DNA of 64,000 nt from assembly GCA_044229975.1 (NCBI GenBank), contig JBGARZ010000001.1, positions 640,001 through 704,000 of the forward strand, in the 5' to 3' direction. The stretch comes from Polyangiales bacterium (GTDB lineage: Bacteria; Myxococcota_A; Polyangia; Polyangiales; Ga0077539). The notes beneath the pieces are model-generated. The model searched no databases. It had not been told where the DNA came from and saw only the letters and a program-made list of their open reading frames with translations. The translations under genes were made by a program, and so were the position numbers. Below are positions 37,153-48,335 of the stretch, in pieces (position 1 is the first letter of the stretch; each line of letters opens with the position of its first letter).

Positions 37153-39731
37153 CCGACGGCGTGCTCGCGAAGCACCTCCCGGAGACGCCCGGCGAGGTGA
37201 CCTCCGACGAGGTCTTCTCACGCTTCCTGGAGTACGTCGGCGAGAAGGGCCTCTCGCTCTACCCCGCGCAGGAAGACGCCCTCCTGGAGATCATCGCGGG
37301 CAAGAACGTCATCCTCAACACCCCCACCGGCTCGGGGAAGTCGCTCGTCGCGACGGCGATGATCTTCCGCGCGATGAGCCTCGGGCTGCGCGCGGTCTAC
37401 ACCTGCCCCATCAAGGCGCTGGTGAGCGAGAAGTTCTTCGCGCTGTGCGACGACTTCGGGCCCGACAACGTCGGGATGCTCACGGGCGACGCGAGCATCA
37501 ACCGCGACGCGCCCATCCTCTGCTGCACGGCGGAGATCTTGATGAGCATGTGCCTGCGCGAAGGGCACCTGGCGCGGGCTGACGTCGTGGTGATGGACGA
37601 GTTCCACTACTACGCCGACAAGGAGCGCGGGGTGGCGTGGCAGGTGCCGCTGCTTACGCTGTCGAGCGCGACCTTCCTGCTGATGAGCGCGACGCTCGGG
37701 GAGACGGAGTTCTTCGAGCGCGAGCTGACCAGGGTGACGGGCCGGCCGTCGGTGACGGTGCGCTCGATGAAGCGGCCGGTGCCGCTCAACTTCAGCTACT
37801 CGGAAGACCCGCTGCACGAGGCCGTCGCCGAGCTCGTGAAGCTCAACCGGCATCCCATCTACCTGGTCAACTTCACCCAGCGGGCCTGCGCCGAAGAGGC
37901 GCAGAACCTCATGAGCGTCGACTACTGCTCCAAGGAGGAGAAGAAGGCCCTGCGCGACGCGATGCGCGGTGAGCCCTTCGAGAGCCCCTACGGCAAGGAG
38001 CTGCAGAAGTTTCTCCAGCACGGCATCGGGCTGCACCACGCGGGCCTGCTCCCGCGCTACCGGCTGCTGGTGGAGAAGCTCGCGCAGCAGGGGATGCTGA
38101 AGATCATCTGCGGGACCGACACCCTCGGCGTCGGGGTGAACATCCCGCTGCGCACGGTGCTCTTCACCAAGCTGTGCAAGTACGACGGCGAGAAGACCGC
38201 CATCCTCACGGCGCGCGACTTCCACCAGATCGCGGGCCGCGCCGGTCGCAAGGGCTTCGACGACGAGGGCTGGGTCGTCTGCCAGGCGCCCGCGCACGTC
38301 ATCGAGAACTTGAAGGCCGAGATCAAGGCGGGCGGCGACGCGAAGAAGCTGCGCAAGCTGGTGAAGCACAAGCCCCCGGAGAAGGGCTACGTGCACTGGG
38401 ACCGCGCGACCTTCGATCGACTCGTGAGCGCGTTGCCGGAGCCGCTGGTGTCGCGCTTCAGCGTCAACCACGCGATGGTGCTCGCGATGTTGCAGCGACC
38501 GGGGCGGCTGCACGACGGGTGTCGCGCGATGCGGCGGCTCATCAAGAGCGCGCACGCGGGGCCGAAGGAGAAGCGGCGGCACGGGCAGATGGCGTGGACG
38601 ATGTTCCGCTCGCTGGTGGGCGCGGGGATCGTGCAGAAGGTGCCCGCGGTCGATGCGGCGGGTGAGCGCTTCGAGGTGCGCGGAGACCTCCAGGTGGACT
38701 TCAACCTCCACAACACGCTGTCGCTGTGGCTCATCGACACGCTGCCGAAGCTCGACCCCGAGTCGCCGATGTGGGCGCTCGACGTGCTGACGTTGTGCGA
38801 GAGCATCGCGGAGAACCCCGACGCGATCCTCTTCCGTCAGGTCGACATGCTGAAGCGCGAGGCGATGGCGCGCATGAAGGCCGAGGGCGTCGAGTTCGAC
38901 AAGCGCATCGAGGAGCTGGAGAAGATCACCTACCCGAAGCCCGGCGCGGACTTCATCTACGAGACCTTCAACGCCTTCGCCGAGGCGCACCCCTGGGTCG
39001 GCACCGAAAACATCCGCCCGAAGGCCATCGCGCGGGAGATGTTCGAGAACTACAGCACCTTCGCGGACTACGTCCGGGAGTACGAGCTCCAGCGCAGCGA
39101 GGGCGTGCTGCTGCGGTACCTCTCCGACGTCTACAAGGTGCTGTCGCAGACCGTCCCGGTGACCGACCGAACCGTCGAGCTCACGGAGATCCTGGTCTTC
39201 CTGCGGGCGCTGGTGCGGGACGTGGATTCGAGCCTGCTCGACGAGTGGGAGCGGCTCCGCGCGCCTGATCCCGACGAGGCGTTGGCGCCTCCGCCCATCG
39301 ATGAAAACGCGCTGCCGCCGGACGTCACGCGCAACCGCCGGGCGTTTACGGCGATGGTGCGGAAGGCGATCTTCTCGCTGGTGCGCGCCATCGCCAACGG
39401 CGACTGGAACTACGCGTCGCGGCAGATCGACGCGCCCGAGGGAGAAGGCTCGCCGTGGTCGCCGTCCAACCTCCAGGCGGAGATGTGGCGGTACTTCGAG
39501 GTGCACCCACGCCTGCGCGTCGACATGGAGGCACGGGCCCCGAAGAACACCCAGGTGCTCCGCGAGACCGACGCGGTGTGGGACATCCAGCAGACCCTGG
39601 TCGACGACGAGGGCGACCTGGATTGGTTCCTCGACGTGGAGGTCGACCTGAAGCGGTCGCGCGCGGCGGGGCGGCCGGTGATGCTGCTCAAGCGGCTGGG
39701 CGACCGACCGATGGAGGACGGGACGGACTGA
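37149..39731 (+). CDS. Ski2-like DEAD/DEAH helicase with DUF3516 domain
   Basis: [43 protein letters not shown] overlap with the amidase. Confidence 0.93.
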   Translation: MTDGVLAKHLPETPGEVTSDEVFSRFLEYVGEKGLSLYPAQEDALLEIIAGKNVILNTPTGSGKSLVATAMIFRAMSLGLRAVYTCPIKALVSEKFFALCDDFGPDNVGMLTGDASINRDAPILCCTAEILMSMCLREGHLARADVVVMDEFHYYADKERGVAWQVPLLTLSSATFLLMSATLGETEFFERELTRVTGRPSVTVRSMKRPVPLNFSYSEDPLHEAVAELVKLNRHPIYLVNFTQRACAEEAQNLMSVDYCSKEEKKALRDAMRGEPFESPYGKELQKFLQHGIGLHHAGLLPRYRLLVEKLAQQGMLKIICGTDTLGVGVNIPLRTVLFTKLCKYDGEKTAILTARDFHQIAGRAGRKGFDDEGWVVCQAPAHVIENLKAEIKAGGDAKKLRKLVKHKPPEKGYVHWDRATFDRLVSALPEPLVSRFSVNHAMVLAMLQRPGRLHDGCRAMRRLIKSAHAGPKEKRRHGQMAWTMFRSLVGAGIVQKVPAVDAAGERFEVRGDLQVDFNLHNTLSLWLIDTLPKLDPESPMWALDVLTLCESIAENPDAILFRQVDMLKREAMARMKAEGVEFDKRIEELEKITYPKPGADFIYETFNAFAEAHPWVGTENIRPKAIAREMFENYSTFADYVREYELQRSEGVLLRYLSDVYKVLSQTVPVTDRTVELTEILVFLRALVRDVDSSLLDEWERLRAPDPDEALAPPPIDENALPPDVTRNRRAFTAMVRKAIFSLVRAIANGDWNYASRQIDAPEGEGSPWSPSNLQAEMWRYFEVHPRLRVDMEARAPKNTQVLRETDAVWDIQQTLVDDEGDLDWFLDVEVDLKRSRAAGRPVMLLKRLGDRPMEDGTD

Positions 39732-39785
39732 ACGACCGCCCGTCGCCTGCGACGGAGCCCAGGCGGCGAGCATCAAAGGGACACG

Positions 39786-40217
39786 ATGCACCCGACGCAA
39801 GCGCCGATGGAGGATGGGAAGGTCGTCGAGGTGTTCTTCGACGGCGAGTGTCCGCTGTGCACGCGCGAGGTCGACATGCTCCGTCGGCTCGATCGTCACG
39901 GGCGCGTGCAGTTTACCGACATCGCCGCGCCCGACTTCGTGGCGGCGGTGACGCCCGAGGAGCACGCCGACTTCATGGCGCGCATCCGCGGTCGCCTGCC
40001 CGATGGGACGATGCTCGAAGGCGTCGAGGTGTTTCGTCGGCTGTACGCCGCCGTGGGGTTCGGTCCGATCGTCGCGGTGACGCGGGCGCCCGGCGTGGCG
40101 CAGCTCCTCGACCTTGGCTACCGGGCGTTTGCACGCAACCGGCTGCGGCTCACCGGGCGTTGCTCCCCCGACGGAGTCTGCGCCGTGCCAGTGGCCGAGA
40201 AGGCGCACCACGGATAG
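39786..40217 (+). CDS. DCC1-like thiol-disulfide oxidoreductase (DUF393)
   Basis: FFDGECPLC...GYRAFARNR. Confidence 0.9.
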   Translation: MHPTQAPMEDGKVVEVFFDGECPLCTREVDMLRRLDRHGRVQFTDIAAPDFVAAVTPEEHADFMARIRGRLPDGTMLEGVEVFRRLYAAVGFGPIVAVTRAPGVAQLLDLGYRAFARNRLRLTGRCSPDGVCAVPVAEKAHHG

Positions 40218-40254
40218 CGGCGCCATCGACGACGCGTCGTCGTACCGTCGCCCG

Positions 40255-41295
40255 ATGCTCCCACCGTCCCGCGCGCTGCTCGCCGCCGTCCTCGCGCCGA
40301 CCCTGGCCGCCTGCCACCGCACGACCAACGCACCGCGCCCCACCGTCGCCGTCGCTGTCGCCGCGCCTCCGCCCGCGACCGGGCCTGCGCCCGCGCCCGC
40401 GGTCGATGTGTGCGAGCGCGTCGCCGAAGCACAACGCACGCTGCGAGCCGCCATCCCGACGCCGCCCGAAGGAACCGAAATCCCCGATGACTTCGCGGCC
40501 TGCATCCCGACGCCGCACGGCGCGTGGTCGCTGGAGTTCGACTCGCTACGCGTCACCGACAGCGGCTCGTGGCGCGGGCACTGGTCCGTCGCGCACTACG
40601 ATGGTGCGGGTCGACGTGTCGCGATCGCGCTCACGCAGCCGGGCGACGAGCGCGCCGAAGACCTCACCCCCGCGGCCGACAACCTCGACGTGAGCCCGCC
40701 CTACTCCGCGCTCCGCCCCAACACCGAGACCTTCGACTACGACGGCGACGGCGAACCCGAGCTCGCGCTCGTCCTCACCCTCGGACAGAACGAAGCCGAA
40801 GACCCGGTGCGCGGCCGCGTCTGGACCTTCCGCGACGGCGCCATCGCCGCCTTCGCGCCCGCGATCAACGTCGAGGTGACCAACATCGAGGACGTCGACC
40901 GCGACGGGCGACCCGACCTGCTCACGCCCATCCCCTTCAGCACCACCGCGGAGGCACCGGGATCGGGCTTCACCTACGCGATCGACGGTCCCATGTGGGT
41001 GTTTCACAGCCTCGCGGGCGGGGCCTTCTCGTCGACCGACACCGTCGCCGTCGGCGCCGCGCGCACCGCCTGCCCGAGCGCCCCCGGCCGCGCCCTCCGC
41101 ACGCCCACCGAGGTGGCCTGCGCGCGCGCCTGGAGCCTCCCGATCGCCGCCGTCCGGGCCGCGATCACCCGCGGCTGTCGGCGCCCGGTCAGTGGTGCCA
41201 GCGGTGACCCGTGCACCGAGGTCGAAGCGATGAACACCTTCGCCCCGCTCGACGCGCCCACCCACCTCGGCCCCGCGACGGCCGGAACACCCTGA
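40255..41295 (+). CDS. Lipoprotein with FG-GAP/VCBS-like motifs
   Basis: LAAC lipobox; DYDGDGEPEL, DVDRDGRPDL. Confidence 0.75.
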   Translation: MLPPSRALLAAVLAPTLAACHRTTNAPRPTVAVAVAAPPPATGPAPAPAVDVCERVAEAQRTLRAAIPTPPEGTEIPDDFAACIPTPHGAWSLEFDSLRVTDSGSWRGHWSVAHYDGAGRRVAIALTQPGDERAEDLTPAADNLDVSPPYSALRPNTETFDYDGDGEPELALVLTLGQNEAEDPVRGRVWTFRDGAIAAFAPAINVEVTNIEDVDRDGRPDLLTPIPFSTTAEAPGSGFTYAIDGPMWVFHSLAGGAFSSTDTVAVGAARTACPSAPGRALRTPTEVACARAWSLPIAAVRAAITRGCRRPVSGASGDPCTEVEAMNTFAPLDAPTHLGPATAGTP

Positions 41296-43580
41296 TGCCG
41301 CGCACACCCCCATCACGCTCGTGCGCCGCGTGCTTCGCCGCCGCGATGCTGCTCACCACGGGGTCGGCGGTCGCCCAGATGCGCGCCATCCCGCCGGGCC
41401 AGGAGGCGCTCGTCGCCACGATGCTCGGAAGCCGCGCGACCTTCCCTGCGGGCTGCCGTCTTACCGGCGCCGAGATCCGCGCGACGGCCATCCGCGCGCG
41501 CTACGCCTGCGACGCCGGGCGCTCTCCGACGCTGGAGCTGCGCGACGTCGAGGGCTCACCCGAGGGATCGCTCCGCGCGGGCCCCTTCGCGATCACCACC
41601 CCCGACGGTCCGGCGCCCGACGGGCTCACCGACGCCGTCGCCGCGCTCGTCCGCGCCAACGCCGGCGCGTGGCGCTGGCAGACCCTCGGCGGCCGAACCC
41701 CTCCCCCGGCGATCAGCACCTTCGATGGGCGCCTCTTCAATGGGCCGCTCGCCGTCCTCCTGCTGGTGCTCCTCGCGGTGGCGGTCGGTCGCAGGCGCGC
41801 GCCTCGTGACCTCGCGGCCGCGCTCGCGGTGATGGCCGTCACTGCGCTCGTGCTGCGGGCTCGCCACGTCGGCGTCCCGCTCCACCCCGACACCGTGCGC
41901 GACATGCTGTATGCGCGGGACTGCGTCGACGCCCGCGCCTGCCACGCGCTCGGCCCCCCCGCGAGCTTCGCCGGGCTCACGCACGGAACCTCCTGGCTAC
42001 GCCTGTTGGAGTTCGTGGGTCGCCGGGGCTTCGGCCCCGACGGTGCGCGCACCGCGGTCGACCTCCTCGCCACCCTCGCCGCGGGCGTCGTCTTCCTCGC
42101 CGCCCGACGTCGCGCTGCCACCGGCCTCGCCGCGCTCGCCGGCGTGGCCTTCGTCGTCACCAGCGCCCAGGCCTCCGGCCGCCCGCTGCTCTGGAACCCC
42201 TCCGCCCTCTCCCTCCCCACCGCGATCTTCTTCGCGCTGGCCTCCTCCGCGGCCGCCACCGGCGCCACCGCCACCTGGGTCGCCGCGGCGGCGGCGCTCG
42301 CCTTCTCGGTCGACCTCCACGTCGCCAGCGGCGCGCTCATCCCGCCCTTCGTCGCCGCGCTCGTCGCGTGGAGCCACACTCCCCGCCGCGCCATCCCTTT
42401 GGCGGTGGTGAGCCTGCTCGGCACCCTCGCGCTCCTCTCCCACGTGACCCTCGCGCGCAACCTCGCGGTCGCCGGGAGGCACTGGGAGTTTCTGCTCGCC
42501 CTCGCGCTCTCCATCGCGGTCGGTGCCGCCGCGCGCCGCCGCGCCCTCGCGCTCGCCGAAGGCCCACGCGTCGCCCTCGCGCTCACGACCCTCGTCGTCC
42601 CGTTTGCGCTCGCGCTCGCCCTCGCCTCGGCGCCGTCGCGCCCCTTCGCCAACCGCTACCTCCTCCCCATGCTGCCGGGTCTGGCGCTGCTCGTAGCGAT
42701 CGCCCTCGACGCCTTCGCAGCGCGCGTCGCAGCCATCACCCGTCGCCCCGCGGCGCAATCCCCCATCGCGTGGGCGCTCGCGGCGGCCACCATCGCGGTC
42801 GTCCTCACGCGCCCCGGTGCTCCGGTGCCGCGCGGCTGGCAACTGGGCGAACTGCGCCCGCTGGCGACGCACCTCGACGCGCGCGGCTGGCGCTGGCCCG
42901 ACCTCTACGTCCACCTCCAGGGCCCCGGAAACTGGGCGCTGCTCTCGGGCCTCGGGGTCTTCCAGCGAGACGTCAGGACGAGCGGTCGCGACGACGACGT
43001 GGTGATCGTCCGTGCGCCGCGCGCGAGCCTGCCGCCGAGCATTCCGCCGCGCTGGGACGTGGCGACCATCGGACCTGGGATGGTGGCCGTGGTGCGCTCG
43101 CTGCCGTCCTTCATTGACCGGAGCCGCGTGCGCGCGTGCCTCGCTCATGACTGCGTCGAGGTCGACCCCGCGGCCGAGGCGCACGAGCCTGGCATGGGGC
43201 CGTTCATCCGGCGCGCGTACCTGTCGTGGTCGGCCGCGGCGCGACGCTTCGCTCGCGGTGGACCAGCGCGCGATGGGGCGGGGCCCAGCTATGAGTTCGC
43301 GGTGCGCGTTCCGGGTGGAGGGGCGCCGCATGAGTTTGCGCTGTGCGCCTCGGCGGGGTGGCGCATCGAGGGCGTCGCGGGTGACCTCACGGCGACCGTG
43401 GCGGGCCCGCACCGCGTCGTGATCGACGGAGCGAGCGCCGGTCGCGGGCGAATCATCCTCTCACTGGAATCGGGCGCCAACACGAACGGATGGCCGCCCG
43501 AGATGCTGGAGACCGACGACGACGATGACGGCCTCCGGCGATTGATCCGCGCGACGGACGATCGTCGCTGCCGCTGGTGA
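41295..43580 (+). CDS. Polytopic membrane protein, possibly GT-C/ArnT-like
   Basis: TGATG coupling; about 11 TM helices; HPDTVRD, GPPAS, LWNPS, RYLLP motifs. Confidence 0.6.
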   Translation: MPRTPPSRSCAACFAAAMLLTTGSAVAQMRAIPPGQEALVATMLGSRATFPAGCRLTGAEIRATAIRARYACDAGRSPTLELRDVEGSPEGSLRAGPFAITTPDGPAPDGLTDAVAALVRANAGAWRWQTLGGRTPPPAISTFDGRLFNGPLAVLLLVLLAVAVGRRRAPRDLAAALAVMAVTALVLRARHVGVPLHPDTVRDMLYARDCVDARACHALGPPASFAGLTHGTSWLRLLEFVGRRGFGPDGARTAVDLLATLAAGVVFLAARRRAATGLAALAGVAFVVTSAQASGRPLLWNPSALSLPTAIFFALASSAAATGATATWVAAAAALAFSVDLHVASGALIPPFVAALVAWSHTPRRAIPLAVVSLLGTLALLSHVTLARNLAVAGRHWEFLLALALSIAVGAAARRRALALAEGPRVALALTTLVVPFALALALASAPSRPFANRYLLPMLPGLALLVAIALDAFAARVAAITRRPAAQSPIAWALAAATIAVVLTRPGAPVPRGWQLGELRPLATHLDARGWRWPDLYVHLQGPGNWALLSGLGVFQRDVRTSGRDDDVVIVRAPRASLPPSIPPRWDVATIGPGMVAVVRSLPSFIDRSRVRACLAHDCVEVDPAAEAHEPGMGPFIRRAYLSWSAAARRFARGGPARDGAGPSYEFAVRVPGGGAPHEFALCASAGWRIEGVAGDLTATVAGPHRVVIDGASAGRGRIILSLESGANTNGWPPEMLETDDDDDGLRRLIRATDDRRCRW

Positions 43581-43736
43581 GCTCGTCGGCCCGGCGCTCG
43601 AAGTAGTGCGCGCCATCGAGGTCGGAACCATGGTTCGCCGCGCGCCGCGATGGGGCAGACCTGGCGGATTGCTCGTCGCTTCGGGTGCGCCAAGAACGCC
43701 CAAGCCCGGACTCCGCTCGCGCCGTATGATCGCCCG

Positions 43737-44573
43737 GTGCCCCACCTCAACGAGCAGCGTCGCGGCAGTCGGGTGGTGGTCCACGTGCCCACGTCGTTGC
43801 GCGGCGTGGCGGTGATTCGCACGACCAACAGCGGCGAGCTCCTGCGCGCGCTCCCCGAGAGCTTCTCCAGCGTCCTGCAGATCGGCGGTCGCGCGGAGTG
43901 GACGATGCGCGGTGCGGCGTGGTCGAGCGCACCCGGGATGGTCAGCGTGAAGATCCCGGGCGAGGTCTACGCCGAGCGCAAGCGGGACGGCGTCGGCCGT
44001 TGCCAGGTCGTGAAGTTCGACGACTCGCTGGTCGAGGATGTGCGCTTTGCTCTCGGCCGCCACCTCGGCGCACCAGCGGACCACGCGATGGACGGCCGCG
44101 ACCCGCGCGTCGCCGCGCTCGCGACGTTGCACAGGCGCCTCCTCGACGACGATGCAACGCCGGCGGCATTGGAGCAGGGCCTCTGCGAAGCGCTCACGGC
44201 GCTCGTCGAGCTGACGAGCGTGGAGCGCGGTGCTCGCCGCATCCCGAGCGCATCGACCGCGGCCGTGGCCCGCGCTCGCGCGATGCTCGAAGAGCGACTC
44301 ACGGAGGCGGTCACGCTCGACGAGCTGGCAGCGCACGCGCGCCTCGACAAGTACCGTCTGTGCCGGGCCTTTCGCGACGAGCTCGGCCTGCCGCCACACG
44401 CGTACGTCACGCACCGTCGCATCGGTCGCGCGCAGGGTCTGCTCGCCCGTGGGCTCTCGCAGGGCGAGGTCGCGGCGCGCGTCGGGTTGTACGACCAGAG
44501 CCAGTTGCACCGGCACTTCAAGCGCATCGTCGGGGTCACGCCGGGCGCGTATGCGCGCGCCGTTCGCGGGTGA
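43737..44573 (+). CDS. AraC-family transcriptional regulator
   Basis: TLDELA...LCRAFR...GLPPHAY...GLYDQSQLHRHFKRIVGVTPGAY; TATGAT 6 nt before GTG. Confidence 0.93.
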   Translation: MPHLNEQRRGSRVVVHVPTSLRGVAVIRTTNSGELLRALPESFSSVLQIGGRAEWTMRGAAWSSAPGMVSVKIPGEVYAERKRDGVGRCQVVKFDDSLVEDVRFALGRHLGAPADHAMDGRDPRVAALATLHRRLLDDDATPAALEQGLCEALTALVELTSVERGARRIPSASTAAVARARAMLEERLTEAVTLDELAAHARLDKYRLCRAFRDELGLPPHAYVTHRRIGRAQGLLARGLSQGEVAARVGLYDQSQLHRHFKRIVGVTPGAYARAVRG

Positions 44574-44594
44574 CGTCGGTAGACTCGGCGCACC

Positions 44595-44882
44595 ATGCCG
44601 AAGGCCCACCATGCGAGCGAGGTCCGCGCCTTTACCGACATCCCCAACGTGGGCAAGGCGATGACGCGGGACTTCCAACTGCTCGGCTTCCAGACGCCGC
44701 AAGCGCTCGCGGGTCAGGACGCCTTCAAGCTCTACCAGCGGCTCTCGAAGCTCACCGCGACGCGGCAGGACCCGTGCGTGCTCGACACCTTCATGGCGGT
44801 GGTCGACTTCATGGACGGCGGAACCCCGAAGGCGTGGTGGGAGTTCACCGAAGCGCGCAAGAAGCGGCACCCGGACCTGTGA
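44595..44882 (+). CDS. Helix-hairpin-helix Cdd1/mitomycin-resistance-like protein
   Basis: DIPNVGKA...L.GQD...LY...QDPCVLDTF...WWEF. Confidence 0.88.
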   Translation: MPKAHHASEVRAFTDIPNVGKAMTRDFQLLGFQTPQALAGQDAFKLYQRLSKLTATRQDPCVLDTFMAVVDFMDGGTPKAWWEFTEARKKRHPDL

Positions 44883-44930
44883 AGGCACACGTCTGGAAGG
44901 CTCTCGTGAGCTGACGTACGATCACGGGTG

Positions 44931-45806
44931 ATGGACCCGAAACCGCCCGCGGGAAGTGTCTGGACCGCCCCCGGTCGTAGGACGGGACCGTTCGGTGAGC
45001 CTCTGGAAGACCAGCGACCGCGCGTCGATGAGCGGCTCGTCGAGCCGGAGTCGCGTTACGAGATCGTGCGCGGCGAGCGCGTCGAGGCGTCGCCGTCGTT
45101 GCCCGATCACGCTGACCCGCACATCCAGCTCGACGCCGTGGTCTTCGCGCACCTGCGCCCCGGCTGGCGCGGCGCCACCGACCTGTTGACCCGCGCCCAG
45201 GAGCAGTCGGACTTTGCCACCGACACCAGTGTGCGGCGCGAGGGCGTCGACCCGTCGACGGGCGCCCGCTACCTGGAGGAAATCGCCTTCGAAGTGGTCA
45301 ACCCCCAGCGCGCGGGCGACCTCACCTCGAAGGCGCAGGACCTCGTCGCGCGAGGCGTCCGTCGGGTGTTCGCGCTGTGGCCGCGGCAGAAGCGCGTCTG
45401 CGAGTGGCGCCATGGTCTGTGGGAGGTGCTTCCGATCGCGGGCGCCATCGACGACCCGTGCTTCGCGCGACCGATCCCGGTGCAGGCGCTGCTCGACGCG
45501 TCGAGCGCCGACGACGCGATGGCCGAGGCGCTCCTCGCGCGCGGAAACTCGCGACTCGCCGCCGTCATCGCGGCGGCGGCGCAGACCGGCGAGACACGCG
45601 GAGAGGCACGCGGAGAGGCGCGCGGAGAGGCGCGCGGGCGGGCCGAGGCGTTGTTGATGATGCTGGAGGCGCGCGGGCTTCCCATCGAAGACTCGGCGCG
45701 GGCTCGCATCTTGAGGTGTGATGACCCGACGGTGCTCGCGGCGTGGATCGGCCGCGCCCTGTCGGCGGCGAGCGTCGCCGACGTACTCGCCGACGCCACC
45801 CCCTGA
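44931..45806 (+). CDS. Uma2-family endonuclease-like protein with GEAR repeats and DUF4351-like tail
   Basis: RYEIVRGE...H...FATD...IAFEVV...K...RGVRRV; (GEAR)n; LEARG...L..W..RA. Alternative start GTG 44928. Confidence 0.85.
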   Translation: MDPKPPAGSVWTAPGRRTGPFGEPLEDQRPRVDERLVEPESRYEIVRGERVEASPSLPDHADPHIQLDAVVFAHLRPGWRGATDLLTRAQEQSDFATDTSVRREGVDPSTGARYLEEIAFEVVNPQRAGDLTSKAQDLVARGVRRVFALWPRQKRVCEWRHGLWEVLPIAGAIDDPCFARPIPVQALLDASSADDAMAEALLARGNSRLAAVIAAAAQTGETRGEARGEARGEARGRAEALLMMLEARGLPIEDSARARILRCDDPTVLAAWIGRALSAASVADVLADATP

Positions 45807-46010
45807 TCGAGGGACCCTACCGCGCTGCCCGCGACAGCCTCCCTCACACGCGAGTTGCCCCGTTGCGCGCGCCGCGACGGCCTCCCTCCGCCTACATCCC
45901 CCGCCCATTGCTCGCGGCCCCACTGGATTTCGATCGAGTCGACCGGGACCGCCCCGCGAGACTCCCACCTGCCGCGGCGCCCGATCACGCCCCGCCCCCG
46001 GAACCCGCCG

Positions 46011-46919
46011 TCAGACCGCCGTAAACACCTCGTCGAGCGACACCTGCAGCACCCGCGCGTCGGCGTAGCGCGTCGCGAGATCCCGATCGAGGCACCGCTT
46101 GATCACCGCCCACGCGCCCGCGCGCACCAGCCCCTGTGCGGCCAGCGACTCGGGCTCCTTCGAGGCGATCTCCACCATGATGCCGTAGAGCGTCTGCGCG
46201 CCGATGCCGAAGGGCGCCTTGCCCGCGATCATCTCGTACAGGATCACCCCGAGCGCCCACACGTCCGTCCGCGCGTCGACGTTGCGGGCGTTCATGAACG
46301 ACTCCGGGGACATGTACGCGGGCGTCCCCATGATGTCCGACGAGCCGGTGAGCCGCGCGTCGCTGAGCTGCGCCGTCCCGAAGTCCAGCACCTTGGCGAT
46401 CGGGCGACCGTCGCCCTCGACCATGAAGATGTTCTCGGGCTTCAAGTCGCGATGCACCACGCCCGCTTCATGGGCGCAGGCCACTGCGTCGATCACGGGC
46501 ATCAAGAGCGCGAAGGCTTCGACCGCCGACACGCGATGCCCCGGAATCTGATCGAGGTACGCATCGAGCGTCTCGCCGCGGAGAAACTCCTGCACCGTGA
46601 AGAAGCGCCCCGAGTCGCGGTCGCGCCCGACGTCCACGCAGTCGACCACGTTGGGGTGGATCTTCCCGCCGAGGCGCACGCGGTTGGCGATCTGCGCCTC
46701 GCGCACGAAGCGCTGGAGGGCCATCTCGCGGTTTTCGCCCTCGTAGTGGAACACCTTCACGGCGCACTCGCGGCCGGCCCACACGTTGGTCGCGCGGTAC
46801 ACCGCCCCGGTCGCGCCCGCCCCCAGGAACGAATCCAGACGGTACTTCCCGTCGATGAGCGAACCCACCCTGGCCGCGCACAGCTTCGCGAGCTGGCTTG
46901 CGTCGTTGGCCTTCAACAT
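46011..46919 (-). CDS. Stand-alone Ser/Thr protein kinase
   Basis: LGAGATGAVY, AVK, HRDLKPEN, DFG, GTPAYMSPE, DVWALG. Confidence 0.93.
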   Translation of the reverse strand: MLKANDASQLAKLCAARVGSLIDGKYRLDSFLGAGATGAVYRATNVWAGRECAVKVFHYEGENREMALQRFVREAQIANRVRLGGKIHPNVVDCVDVGRDRDSGRFFTVQEFLRGETLDAYLDQIPGHRVSAVEAFALLMPVIDAVACAHEAGVVHRDLKPENIFMVEGDGRPIAKVLDFGTAQLSDARLTGSSDIMGTPAYMSPESFMNARNVDARTDVWALGVILYEMIAGKAPFGIGAQTLYGIMVEIASKEPESLAAQGLVRAGAWAVIKRCLDRDLATRYADARVLQVSLDEVFTAV

Positions 46920-46941
46920 CCCGGCACCACTGTCTCGGACA

Positions 46942-48213
46942 CTACACCGTCAGGTGGGCGTTCAACAGGGCGATCAACCGCGGGTGATCGTCAGCCGCAG
47001 CGCACTCGCGCGCCGAGTGCATCGACAGCATCGGGTTGCCGAGGTCGACCACAGGCATCCCGAGCCGCGACGCGCAGATGGGCCCGATGGTCGAGCCACA
47101 CCCGATGTCCGTGCGGGTGACGAAGTCCTGAAGCGTGACACCCACCTTGTCGGCCATGACCCGCAGCGCCGCCGCGGTCCCCGCGCTCGACCCGTACCGA
47201 AGATTGAAGTTGGTCTTGAGCACGGGCCCACCACCGAGGGTCGGCTTGTGCCGCGGCTCATGCTTGTCGCCGTAGTTGGGGTGCGCCGCGTGGGCCATGT
47301 CCGCCGACAACATCAAGCTCGACGCGATGGACGCGTGCCAGGCGCTGCGGGTGAGGCCGCGCTCCGTGGCGATGCGCTCCAGCACCACGGAGAGCAGGGT
47401 CCCGTCGGCGCCGTCGAGGCTCGACGAGCCGACCTCTTCGTGGTCGAAGCACGCGAGCACGCCGCAGGTGTCATCGCGCCCCACCTCCGCGGCCTCCATC
47501 GCGGCGAGCCCCGCGTGGGAGCACGCGAGGTTGTCGAGCCGCGGCGCGAACACCAGCGACTCGTCGAGGCCACCGAGCGCCGATGGGGTGAGGTCGTAGA
47601 GCGAGACGTCGTGCGCGCGGATGGCCTTGGCGTCGACCCCGGCGGCGTCGGCGAGCAGTGCGAAGAGGGCCTCTGGCGCGTCGAGCCCGTTGCGCGCGAG
47701 CCCCCAGGTGGGCGCGAGGTGGAGCTGCGGGTTGAGCTTGAGCCCGTCGGTGTTGACCCCGCGATCGAGGTGGATGGCGAGCTGCGAGACACGCGCGATG
47801 GGGCGATGAACGCGCAGCGGGTGGGCCACGCCATCGTGGGTGAACACCACGCCGGCGAGGCCGAGGTCGCGGTCGAGCCAGGAGTTCCAGAGGGCTCCAC
47901 CGTAGACCTCGACGCCGAGCTGGAGGCAGCCCTCCGAGGTGTACGCCGCGCGTGGTTTGAGCCGGAGGTTGGGCGAGTCGGTGTGGGCGCCGACGACGGC
48001 GAAGCGCTTGAGGGCGCCGCCGCGCAACCGCCACGCGATGACGGTTCCGTTGCGGTGGACGAACCAGTTACCGGGTTCGAGGTCCCACGACGGGGCGGTG
48101 AGGTCGAGGCGGCGGAAGCCTGCCGCGACGAGGCGGTCGGCGAGGGTGTAGGCGGCATGCCAGGGCGACGGCGAGGCGTCGACGAAGGCGCAGAGGTCGC
48201 GAGCGGCGTGCAT
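46942..48213 (-). CDS. apeB: M18 family aspartyl aminopeptidase
   Basis: SPSPWHA, GAHTDSP, RLDNL, DHEEVGS, SADMAH, CGSTIGP, LSMHSARE. Confidence 0.95.
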   Translation of the reverse strand: MHAARDLCAFVDASPSPWHAAYTLADRLVAAGFRRLDLTAPSWDLEPGNWFVHRNGTVIAWRLRGGALKRFAVVGAHTDSPNLRLKPRAAYTSEGCLQLGVEVYGGALWNSWLDRDLGLAGVVFTHDGVAHPLRVHRPIARVSQLAIHLDRGVNTDGLKLNPQLHLAPTWGLARNGLDAPEALFALLADAAGVDAKAIRAHDVSLYDLTPSALGGLDESLVFAPRLDNLACSHAGLAAMEAAEVGRDDTCGVLACFDHEEVGSSSLDGADGTLLSVVLERIATERGLTRSAWHASIASSLMLSADMAHAAHPNYGDKHEPRHKPTLGGGPVLKTNFNLRYGSSAGTAAALRVMADKVGVTLQDFVTRTDIGCGSTIGPICASRLGMPVVDLGNPMLSMHSARECAAADDHPRLIALLNAHLTV

Positions 48214-48335
48214 GGGTTGGTAGGGGGAGGAGAAACCAGCGCGGGGTGTGACTTGTCAACGTCGACCGTCAAGACGGGCTTTGCGTCGCGGGGACTACCC
48301 GTTAGTGTCGCTCTCCTCCCGCCCGAATCCACCGC

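Noticed and set aside
37218..40556. 1112-aa minus-strand ORF and similar long ORFs (29303-31699, 51848-54364, 33724-36042, 12183-14051, 6509-8377)
   Set aside because: Antisense shadows of well-supported genes in high-GC DNA; no motifs.
44931..45806. Transposase or IS element
   Set aside because: Uma2-like solo gene with no terminal inverted repeats, target duplication or DDE motif seen.
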